Assembly: GCA_964016885.1 (NCBI GenBank)
Contig: OZ024743.1
Span: 334,986,001 to 335,050,000, forward strand
Source: Eledone cirrhosa
Taxonomy: Eukaryota
Length of the DNA: 64,000 bases
Direction: 5' to 3'
Position 1 is the first letter of the stretch, and each line of letters opens with the position of its first letter. The position numbers and the translations under genes are program-made. Shown here piece by piece: positions 52,999 to 64,000 of the stretch. Below the pieces are notes generated by a model. The model did not search any database. It saw nothing but the letters and a program-made list of their open reading frames with translations, and had not been told where the DNA came from.

Positions 52999-54577
52999 AT
53001 ATGTAATTTTGCGATTGGTGTTTTAACTGCGACAGAACCAGGGGGGGGGGGGGGGAGGTGGCAAACCATATGACTGGTTTAGTTCTAGTTCTTATCCTCG
53101 ATTTATTTGGCGTATGGGTGTTTGAATTATAATTAATAGAGTTTCTCTTATATATGTTATTATTTTTATTAAGATTAATACTTGTCTTATTATTATCTAC
53201 ATATTCTATGTTATTCATATCCTGCTCTTTTTAACGCGTTGTTATAGTATTCAGCGGTTTCATCAAATATATGTTTATTGGCTGATATTTTATTAATTCG
53301 TTTTTGCACACTATTTACTATAGCTTTTTTTTACAGATTTAGGGTGATTGGAATGGTTACTAACATAGTTTAAGTTTTCATTGGGCTTATGAAAAGGGTA
53401 ATAGAAGCCAGTGTTTAAGTTAAAGGTAACGTCTAGGAAATTAACTATTTTGGTAGCTTTTTCTACTTCTAATTTAAGGTTGTACATTTTAAAGAATTCT
53501 ATTATACTTTTCTTTACTCTATTTAGTTCTATATTGTTGTGTTTGAACACCGTAAATAAAAAGTCGTCCCTATATAAACCACCGGTAATCACCGGGAGTT
53601 TTCTACTTATCATTTTTAATATGAAAATTCCCAGAAGATCTGTGATTTGCGTAGAATCGGATGCCCCCATAGTGATATCAACATTTTTATCTCTATCTGA
53701 GCGGGTCCAATATTGGTTGTTGAAGTTAATAAGAGTTCTTCTGGCTGTTAGTATTATATCTATTTCATCCGTGGTTATATCAGTATGTTTATAAGCATAT
53801 GAAAGAGCCTTATTTAGAAGGTTAGGTGTTATGGAAGAATAGTAGCTAGTAATGTCCATCTGGATGAATTTATGGTTTTTCTTATCTTCTATATTTTTGT
53901 ACCATTCTATGACTTCATTTGTATCTTTCCATAAGCTCAACTTAGATCTCAATTTAAGAGTGGGTAATATTCTATCTATGATGTCTTTACTGATTACTCC
54001 AATATCAGATTTCGATTGGGTAATCAGTCTAACTGGCATCTCTTCCTCAAAGTTTCTTTTATGATCCTTCAAGTTAATCCTCGACTGCCTAGGTAAGAAT
54101 GGGTCAGTTCTTCCTTCTATTCCTAAATTGGTAATTAATTTGTAGGCTTCTTCATTAATTTCAGTAAGATCCTTTTTGTAATTTTTCCTAAGTTCCTTTA
54201 AAATCAAGTTATATTCATCTTTGCTTATCCCAAATAAATTATTAGTTTTGTCCGATTTAACCAATACTTTGTTAACATTTCCTATTTCAGTGATTTTTTC
54301 TTTTAGAGTTCTAAGGTATTGATGGCCTATATATGGGTTTTTCCTAAATTTAATTTTTTTGATTATACCGAGCATTTCAGTTTCGAAAACCTCCAGAAGT
54401 TTATTGTATGGAGGATACTTTCTTGATTTAAATAGAGATTCAAAATGATTGTTGTTGGTTTTTCTTTTCGCATCTTTATATTCGAAATGAAAAGCTCTCT
54501 ATCTCAATCTTCTAATAAAAGAGTTTGTCTGTTCAATAGTTTTCCTCATGTATTCTTCATTTGAAGGTATGGGTATA
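52999..54577 (-). pseudogene. PLE (family D) N-terminus plus RT, endonuclease missing
   Basis: IPIPSNEEYMRK..FIRRLR, KSDKT, LKDHK, FIQMDITSYYSSI, ITMGASDS, GLYRDDFL, NFLDVTF, SNHP. Confidence 0.93.
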
Positions 54578-54678
54578 TCTAATATTAATAACTCCGGAAA
54601 ATTATTTTACCGTAGAATGCTTCCAATCTACTGTAAAACTCATTCTTTTATATACTCATTGAATTTTGTTTAACTCTT

Positions 54679-54718
<40 letters not shown>

Positions 54719-54725
<7 letters not shown>

Positions 54726-54900
54726 GATCAAAAGATGGTTAAAGGAGTTCCATGTATTTTATTATGCGCATTTCAAAAACAAACATCATCATGCAATAAT
54801 ATTTGTGTTTTCATCAGATAAAACAGGAGAACATGATATGAAGGCTAACAAACACTTGTGGATAGTGCAGTTTTAAATCAATATCTTTTGATCTTATATT
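54719..54900 (-). mobile_element. 182-bp mini-element: 18-bp terminal inverted repeats around a hammerhead (54757-54823)
   Basis: AATATAAGATCAAAAGAT / ATCTTTTGATCTTATATT; minus strand TTTTAT CTGATGA ... GAAA TGCGCA TA ATAAAA. Confidence 0.8.
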
Positions 54901-55077
54901 ATGTATACTCCAGTCCTACAAACTGTAGAGTGCTTCTTATCCGATATCTGCATTGCTTTATTGTACTACAATAAAACTCACCTCCTACATATATATATAT
55001 ATATATTTGATCAGTGCGGGTCCTTGGCGAATAATATATATATATATATATATAATGTTTGTATAGATATATACATG

Positions 55078-55117
<40 letters not shown>

Positions 55118-55167
55118 CATACACACATATATAGACGTATATATGTACATATACATAGACATATATA

Positions 55168-55710
55168 TATGGAAAAAATGAAACGAAATTTCATTTCTCA
55201 CTCTTAGTGCGGATGATACCTAAATATAAGTATGTATACGTACATACATTTATGTGTACAGACGTACAGTAGTATTTATATATATACATACATGCACACA
55301 CATATGTATGTATGGGTTCACCGAACATTTATTATAATGTTCGGTTTGTTTCTAAACAAACAGCCCGAATTACGCCGTACTGTGTTCGGCAACCATCGTT
55401 GCCCTTTTGTTCAACACTGACACATGAACGATGTACTAGTTTCAAGCTTACTAGCTACCGTCAGCATTGTATACCTTCCTGTCAGATGATTGAACGTTTG
55501 AAAGTATATACTTTCCTTATGCATCTTAACGGCTGAGCAGCCTAATTTGCATATCGAGTGAGTTAGTCGACCGGGCGTACCGAAAACGATAAATGGAAAA
55601 GAATGAGACGAAATTTCATTTCTCACTCTTAGTACGGCTAATACCTAAATATAAGTATGTATATGTACAAACAAATATGTGTACAGACGTACAGTAGTAT
55701 GTATATATAT
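55168..55710 (-). mobile_element. Family R2, ~1.25 copies of a 425-bp unit (HHR 55428-55470)
   Basis: GAAATTTCATTTCTCACTC at 55185 and 55610; octamer at 55545-55552. Confidence 0.8.
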
Positions 55711-56104
55711 ATATATATATAAACAAGGTTTAGCAAATAATGAAAAAGTTTCAAAATGAATTTAAAAAAATTGACTTTACCTACTATAGTTACCTTTACC
55801 GATCGGTTTCGAATCCCAAAAATAAAACGGAGACCATACGGCCTTCGTTGCAAAGAAAGAATCTCGTCAGAAGGTTCTTTTCATTCAAAGAATATAAAAT
55901 TCCTGAATTTAAATCACAGACTAGCGCTATCAAAACTGTTCCCGGGATAAGAGTGGATGATGTAGAAACAGGTTTATCAAGGGCCGAAGCAAAGATAGAG
56001 GCAGAAGGAGGTAGGTCAAACCAGCCACGGCTATCGCTAGCAGCAGTCAGAACGACCAAATTTGTTCTCAACATTAGTGGAGGTAGTAGTAATAGGATAT
56101 ATAT

Positions 56105-57686
56105 ATATAGTAATAATAATAAATTTGAAGACTAAAATCCAAAGACGGCTCGATAAGGATAAATATATATCAAATATATAAGTACCGTAGAGCAAACATT
56201 TATTAAAATAACAGATTAAAGTTTAATCGCTGCTTTCATCCTGCTTTCATCGCTGCTTTCATCCTTAACGGGATCTTCTGAAACTAACAAAGTCAATCTG
56301 TGAACGCAGAAGTAAATATTTGAAAAAACGATGCAACCGGAGGAAGACAGGAAGACGATACTTTGGTTCGTGGAAACGTTCCTTGGCAAAGAACGGGAGG
56401 GAAAAAACGAATATAATGCGTCATTAATAGGAGCGGTGAAAAACAATTACACGCAAAGACAAAACCACGTTTATGGTATAAAAGAAGTCGTAGACTAATA
56501 TTCTATTAAGTGGTTCATAGAGACGTTCTCTGGCAATGAACGGAAAAAACGAAGATAATACGTCATGTGTGGAGCGTGGAGAACAATTGCACGCAAAGAC
56601 AAAACCACGTAAATGGTATAACTGAAGTAGACTAAAATTCTAACTAGGAAACCGAATGATTCTCGACTTCAGAGTTAAGAATAAAGTAAATAAAATACAG
56701 AGGTAATAGAAATTAAACATATACATACACACATCCATTAACGTACATACACAAGCATACGCGAAAACACTCGCCGTAGGTATACAAATACACGCGCGTA
56801 CACCCCCCCCAAAAAAAAACCGCACGCACATACAGAACCCACGCAACGCCTGTACCCGCATGCATACTAATATATACAGCAAATACACGTAAAAATATAT
56901 ATATAAAAAAATATATATATATTTATATGTGTGTGTATGTACGTGTATACATATAATTAAATAAACATATAAATAAATAAATACGTATATAACAAGCGCA
57001 CACACATATCTAAATGTAAATACACATATGTTCGGAGACGAACGTCAACCAAAACATAAAGTACACATATACACGCACCCTACATACGTACCAACCCACA
57101 TACTCACACAGACGCAAAACTCACGTTATACCATTTACGTAGTTTTGTCTTTGCGTGCAATTGTTCTCCCCGCTCCACATATGACGTATTATCTTCATTT
57201 TTTCCGTTCATTGCCAGAGAATATCTCTATGAACCACCTAATAGAATATTAGTCTACGACTTCTTTTATATCATAAACGTGGTTTTGTCTTTGCGTGTAA
57301 TTGTTTTTCACTGCTCCAAATAATGACGTATTATATTCGTTTTTTCCCGTTCTTTGCAGGGAACTTTTCCACGAACAAAAAATATCGTCTTCCTGTCTTC
57401 CTCCGGTTGCAACGTTTTTTGAAATCATCACTTCTGCGTTCACAGATTAACTTTGTTAGTTTCAGAAGATCCCGTTAAGGGTGAAAGCAGCAATTATTTG
57501 CTTAAACTTTAATCTGTTATTTTAATATATATATTCAGAAGATCCCGTTAAGGGTGAAAGCAGCGATTCTTTGCTTAAACTTTAATCTGTTATTTTAATA
57601 AATATTTGCTCTACGGTTCTTATATATTGGATATATATTTATCCCTATCGAGCCCTCTTTAGATTTTAGTCTTCAAATTTATTATA

Positions 57687-57690
<4 letters not shown>
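56105..57690. mobile_element. Family A 3' UTR fold-back with tandem pseudo-LTR end; CAGAAGA HHRs at 56211-56301 (-), 57442-57517 (+), 57534-57590 (+)
   Basis: Homologous to 33700-34580; inversion at ~57125. Confidence 0.9.
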
Positions 57691-57743
<53 letters not shown>

Positions 57744-57746
57744 GTA

Positions 57747-60125
57747 AATATAAATTAATAAAAACAATGAAATCAAAATAAAGAACAGGTTCCTTATATT
57801 GAAAAAAAATCGTCATTCTACGATCGTTTCTGGGATATATATGTGTGTGTTGGTATGTATATCATATTAAAGATCTATGTAAAAAAATATTACAAATTAT
57901 CAGAGGAGATATACCTACCTTCACCTATATATGCCATCTTCAGAAATGATGAAGTATGTTTATTAAAAGAAACAAAGTATTAATACAAAATGTCTGTTTG
58001 GGAACAGGTTTTGAATTGACCAATAGAAAAGAGTTAGAGGTCAAGTTGATAGAATAATAGTAGTAGAAGTTTATGCTAGGAGTGGAGGAATGTAAATTTA
58101 TGCTTTGAATGAAAATAATACAATGGAGAAGAAAAATATAGGGGTTAAAATGACGTCAAATCAATGAGAAAGTGAAGGGTTCCCCCCAAAAAAAATATTA
58201 TTAAAGAATGTTGTTAAAAGCGAAGGGAAAATAATTTTTTGTGGGATGAGAGTGTTCGTTTAAATTTCAAGGAACCTAGATACATAAAAGGAAATTAAAT
58301 TAATTGATAGGTATACTTACAGAGTTAAAATTATATTAATTCTCATGAATGTGATAAATATAGTAAAAAAAAAATATATATATATATATAGAAAGACTGA
58401 AATAGATAAAATTTTATAAAAAGTAGCATATCTATCTAAACATCCATAATATTAAAGATATTAATTATATTTACTAATCCTAGGTAATAAATGTGATAGA
58501 TAGAGGATGCCGTTAAAAGAAGTACTGAGGTTAAAGATAACTTTAGGTAAAGTGAGCTGCAAGAGAGAAATAAAATTATGAAATTCTTTGTAGAAAATAT
58601 CTAATTTTAGGTTAACTAAATTAAAAAAAAATCTTTTAGTTTAATTCTAGTAATTTGTAAAATATAAGAGTGACGTATATATTAATTAAGTTTATAATAT
58701 TTGAAAGTTTTTCTAATTCTATGATCGCATGATATAATTGACTCCTGTCGCTTCTTTAATAGGATATCAATAGATTTCATGATTTCAAATAGTTCTTGGG
58801 AGCATAACCTACACTCATATCTGCTATTTTGATAAGGGGTGGCCCTATTAAGCACGCTCCAGGTCAGGTTGTAATCCATATCCTTCTTTCTATAATTATT
58901 AATTGCTTCAGCCAGGGAGGTTGTATTAGCTAATGCGGCATTTTTAAAACTATGTTTGTGGGTATTAAATCTTACTTTAAATTGGTTAGACGTAGCTCCA
59001 ATATAGGATTGAGTGGAGTCCTTAGTGCTAATTACACTTTTATAGACTATGTTATCAATAAGACAATTTCTCTAATGGGCAATTTCTGTTGATTCTACAG
59101 TTACAGCCATTCGTAAATATTGTATCAGTAGAGTTAATTGTGTTATCTATAGTGGCATTAGTGTTACTATTTTCATTAATGTATGGTTTAGAATGGGTTG
59201 TAATTAGATCAGTATGGTTAGACAGGTTGTTGGTGGGTGATAGTTTAGGGGATGTGGAGCTAGTAGAGTTCTGTTTGTTTTGGAGTTTATTAGTCAAAAT
59301 TGGTGTGGAATTTACGCGACTATTATAGGTGAAGAAGAAGGTGGTTTGTTTTGGTTTACTTTAGTATTATTATGGTTGGTGGTATATTTATGGGTTTTTT
59401 TTACACTTATATGTGTTGTAAGCACTTATATTCTGTTGTATATTCTTGGTAGTGGAGAAGGAAAATGTGACAGTAGATCTATTTAAAATGTTATGGTATT
59501 TATGGTTTGGTGGGAAGTTTTTCTCTAGGATAGCAAACAATTTTTTAGGGATATGGTCTTTAATCTGTAGATTAAATGGAACATTATACCAAGTAACCCG
59601 TCTATTACGGTTTCGACATTGTTTCTTATATTTATATGATGTATCGGGAGGTTTACTAGCATAAAGTTCCACTACTGTTATTCCATCAACTTGACCTCTA
59701 ACTCTTTTCTATTGGTCAATTCAAAACCTGTTCCCAAACAGACTTTTTGTATTAATACTTTGTTTCTTTCAATAAACATACTTCATCATTTCCGAAGATG
59801 GCATATATAGGTGAAGGTATGTATATCTCCTCTGATAATTTGTAATATATTTTTTACATAGATCTTTAATATGATATACATACCAACACATATATATATA
59901 TATCCCAGAAACGATCGTAAAATGATGATTTTCTCAATAAAAGGCACCTGTTCTTTGTTTTTATTTCATTGTTTTTATTAATTTATCTTGACTCTATTTT
60001 CCTATGATTTTTATCGTTAAATTTTGAATGCATTTTCTCCTTTCATGATATCTTCTATATTTGGATTACATTGACTTCTTCATACGGATTGGACACTACC
60101 GTTTATTTTGGTAGATTTATCTACA
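57747..60125 (-). mobile_element. 5'-truncated PLE, family E: linker + GIY-YIG (58682-59672), 3' UTR, inverted pseudo-LTR 59673-60125
   Basis: RRVTWYNVPF..FPPNHKYH..CNCRINRNCPL..SYIGATSN..CRLC; HHRs 57810-57952 (-) and 59783-59928 (+). Confidence 0.93.
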
Positions 60126-60142
60126 CACACACACACATATAT

Positions 60143-60209
<67 letters not shown>

Positions 60210-60444
60210 TTTTATGAAGACTAAATAGTGATTCTTGTTACTCTCGAATTTCGCCTGTTTATCAGTGTCATCAGATTTACGTTTTAATAGCCGACACAGT
60301 ATAAATAAAGGAAGACTCGAGGTGGGGAGGGGGATTTAAACGAGAAGGGATAATTAAGATTGGGTAGACAGGGTGGTGGTGGCAGTGGGGAAGGATAGTG
60401 TTGTGTGAAAGTATATTATATATACATACACCCATATATATATA

Positions 60445-60864
60445 CACGGTGTTTAAAAAAATTAGTATTATTTGAGATGTAAATATCCCAGAACCTACAA
60501 AGTCTAGGACAATCGAGACTGGGCAGGCTTAATATTGAGCAACAAGATTTTTTCCTCCAAATTTGTCAACATTTGGCAGTATCGGTAGAGGGTCGGACGC
60601 CATGCTTTGCAGCATAGAGTTACGGCCCTTCATGATCTGAGTTCAAATCCTGCCTAGGTTAACTTTGCCTTTCATCCTGACGGGGTCGATAAAATAAAGT
60701 CCCAGTCACGCACTGGGGGTTGATTTAATCGACTTTCCTCTCCTCTAAAATTACTGGCCTTGTGCCTATGTAAGAAACCATTATAACACTAATTCGCAAC
60801 TTATAGAGGTAATTTGGCGGATATTTACATCTCAAATGATGTCTAAATTTTTTTAAACACTCTT
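60445..60864. mobile_element. Tc1/mariner-type MITE with nested SINE (60572-60783)
   Basis: ~45-bp TIRs CACGGTGTTTAAAAAAATTAG..TTTGAGATGTAAATATCC and reverse complement; TA flanks. Confidence 0.75.
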
Positions 60865-61467
60865 TATACATGGCTCCCAAATAATAGGGGGGGGGGGGGT
60901 AAATCGTTCATTTCTGTAGGTTGTGTGTGGATTTTTTTAAAAACCAGAATTAGTTGTTTAATTTACATATTGAGAGCTGAATCCCTTCTATTTATTTGAT
61001 GACGTATAGGACTTAAAGTAATGCAATTTTTTTGACATGTATGATGTTTTTTTAATGTATAAATAAAATTAATTGTCACAGGGATGCTACGACGTGAAAT
61101 AAAATTTCGCCGGAGTTCGATTGGAATATTTAATAAGTATGTGGAAGGGGATTAGACAAATCTGAAAAATTAATAAATGGGGGTGGGGGACGATTATTCA
61201 AGACCCGAGAATATGTATATATAAAATAGAAATACACTTCCCTTTGGTATTCATTGTTGTTGTTATCTATTGTAATAGGTATATATGTGGCTAAAACTCT
61301 ATTCATGGTATTTCTAGTTAACATCGTAATTGAGTCGACTCTGATGCCAAGAACATATTTCTGGCATCAACGAGTGTATAGGGACTTCCTGAAATTGTTT
61401 TGACTTGTGTAGCCTCAGTATAAATATGAATCCAATATACTACTATATATATATATATATATATATA

Positions 61468-61666
61468 TAGGAACCAGTAAGACCCCGACAGCTGAGCTCA
61501 AGCCGTTTCGACGGCTAATTCTGGACTCAGTCCAGAATTAGCCGTCGAAACGGCTTGAGCTCAGCTGTCGGGGTCTTACTGGTTCCTATTACCCACTCTA
61601 CTACCTCAAGTATTGAGTACTTTGGTGCGTTATGGTCCACCTGGTTCCTTACCACATTTCCTTCGT

Positions 61667-61670
<4 letters not shown>
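61468..61670. mobile_element. Fold-back of the 31884-family pseudo-LTR, centre ~61527
   Basis: ...TTCTGGACT C AGTCCAGAA... palindrome; 3' halves of the HHR in both arms. Confidence 0.85.
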
Positions 61671-61758
<88 letters not shown>

Positions 61759-61798
61759 GATGTAGGCATATATGTACGCTTGTGCGAATTACATAATA

Positions 61799-61845
<47 letters not shown>

Positions 61846-62515
61846 GTGTGTATGCGTGTAAGTTTCTTCGTATGTGTGCTTATCTGTGTGTGTTATGTTA
61901 GGCTCATTTACTCCTTATAACTGCATTCGCTTAGCCTGCATTGATAATGGTCATTTTCCACTTTGTTCAATAGCTATTAAAAAAAAGAACCATATCTGCT
62001 ACAGTCACTAAAACTAAATCAGAAATAAGGATGAACCATCTATAATAGATCACCACATGGTTTTAGAATTGGTTTAGAATTTTTTTTCTCAATGTACTTT
62101 ACTGGAAAACAACATTTTCCTTGATGCGGTGCATTTTAAATAAAATTGCTTAATAATGAATGCATCATATGATAGATTAGTATATAAACACAAAAAAATA
62201 TAATATTACACCCGTGACTTAAAAGTCTTAAAACGCTTGCACGCTAGATGGACGTATCAACAAGATCATCTATACAAGGATTTAAGCGGCCTGTTATTTG
62301 CAGCCTAAAAGCTTTTATCTGGATGTTTCCGGTTTTATCCAATACATCATATCATAGGACCGTGGAACACCCTTGACTTTTCAATGTAATAATAAATAGA
62401 TTCTATTTGCCAATCCATATTCGTCCTGCAAACATGTGTGTGTGTGTATATATACATATATGTGTGTGTGTGCGTAAAAGGTAAACAGAAATAACAAAAC
62501 AAACGATACAGTACA

Positions 62516-62556
<41 letters not shown>

Positions 62557-63234
62557 ACGTAAATTTATTATTATTACGCTGTTAACATGTTATATAATTA
62601 TGTACGAATTCGGTAGGTAGCACACCCAGTAGACCGCCAGACAAAATTCTTTATATTGTTTAGTTATGTCCGTTTCCGAACAGAGTTCAAATTCGTCATA
62701 TGTCGTAATTACTAAGATTCTATCCAAATCAACCGTCTGATGTAATGACATTTCTGGTATTACGTATATGCTAAAGTACATAGTTATTACTGTAAAGTAT
62801 CTAATTGTTTTATGCTTTGTAAATTATAAAATATTGCTAATTGAGACTTTTTTCATCTCATGATTGTTTGATTAAATTTATCATCTAATTTCCAAATTAA
62901 TGATATAGTGTAAGGGAGAGATTGAGTTTTCTTGTTAATCAGTTGAAATAAATTATCGCCTACATTGTTTCTTCATTTGTATATCTCGTTACACACGCTA
63001 TAATTTCTGTTCATTTGATTAAACCAATCTGCTCACCGTGTAATCAGCTTCTTATTTTTGTATATCTTTGTCTTTAGCTAATTATTATTGTTACAACTTC
63101 TATAGTTCGTTTCTAGCTAAAGCACCATAAGAAGCGTTTGAAATATAGCAAAATAACATGTTATGTAGGATGCAGTATTAAATATCATTGTTCAAAGTTC
63201 TTGTCTAGCTGTGGAGATTGTTTCAAAACTTAAT

Positions 63235-63930
63235 AACGCAGCCTGGCCAAATGGTTAATACGTTTGCTTCGCAACCATTAGATCATCGGTTTGATCCCTC
63301 TACGCGACATCTTGGGCAAGTGTCATTTACAATCAATTCAAATCCCTTGTCTTGGGATTGTTTGAAAGAACGCTTTATTGTTTTGGCTCTTTAAAAATCT
63401 TCGTTCAAATCCTACAGAGATTAAGTTTGCTTTTCATTTTTTCGTCGTCAATAAAATAATGTACTGAGGTAGATTTAATCGACTTTCCACTCCCCCCAAA
63501 TTGTTGACCTTGCGCCTAAATCAGGAACCAATATTGAGGGTGGTAGATTGACAGAAACGTTAGAGCTTTGGGTAACATGCTTTGTTTCATTTGTTTGTGC
63601 TCTCTACGTTCTGAGTTCAAATCCCAGGGAGGTTAGATTTGCCTTTCATACTTACGGAGTCAATAAAATAAATTATCAGTAACGCATTGGGGTCGATATA
63701 ATTGACTTTCCCCTCTCCCCAAATTGCTGGCCTTTCTTACTATAAGAAAAAAATCATTAAGGGGGTGGATTAGCAGTATCGGTAGAGCGTCGGACAAAAT
63801 GCTTCGTGGCATAGAGTTACGACCCTTTACATGTTGAGTTCACCATCCCGTCGGAGTCGATAAATAAAGTACCAGTAACACACTGGGGTCGATTTAATCG
63901 ACTTTCCCTTCCCGCCCCAAACACTTGCTG
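63235..63930 (+). mobile_element. SINE cluster (one CORE-type head, three or more Nin/Deu-like copies)
   Basis: GTTCAAATCC B-boxes and TTTGCCTTTCAT..GTCGATAAA..GTACCAG bodies. Confidence 0.8.
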
Positions 63931-64000
63931 ATTTTCTTTTTATAACACAACGATAAATACAGTCACCTATGCGCATTTTGCCAAACGAAAATATTGAAAA

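Noticed and set aside
55740-56135. 131-aa ORF
   Set aside because: No motif; runs through (TA)n into a pseudo-LTR.
60225-60280. Minus-strand CTGATGA..GAAA motif
   Set aside because: Stems I and III could not be paired convincingly.

Overview
AT-rich eukaryotic DNA with no intact cellular gene. The SINE repertoire suggests an octopus/cephalopod genome (inference). The window is a mosaic of (TA)n/(CA)n microsatellites filled with mobile elements: at least seven Penelope-like element (PLE) remnants (RT with YRDD plus C-terminal GIY-YIG endonuclease), RTE-clade LINE pieces, tRNA-derived SINEs, a mariner, hAT and Tc1-type MITEs, non-autonomous Helitrons and a solo LTR. The main hidden feature, read by eye, is a dense set of type I hammerhead ribozymes (HHRs): about 13 sequence families and about 30 copies. 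They sit in PLE pseudo-LTRs and in non-coding retrozyme-like units (467-bp tandem array; 425-bp and 631-bp terminally redundant units). They include a fixed CAGAAGA (U4A) core, two separate U3-A8 compensatory cores, stem II domains of about 100 nt and family-specific palindromic stem IIIs. An octamer motif lies upstream of the ribozyme in two retrozyme-like families. Most insertions are fold-back structures, and several junctions fall at the ribozyme. Weak evidence suggests the region lies within a decayed or long-intron minus-strand gene, with a candidate recursive splice site at 29053/29054. All structures were folded by eye; none was computed or tested.
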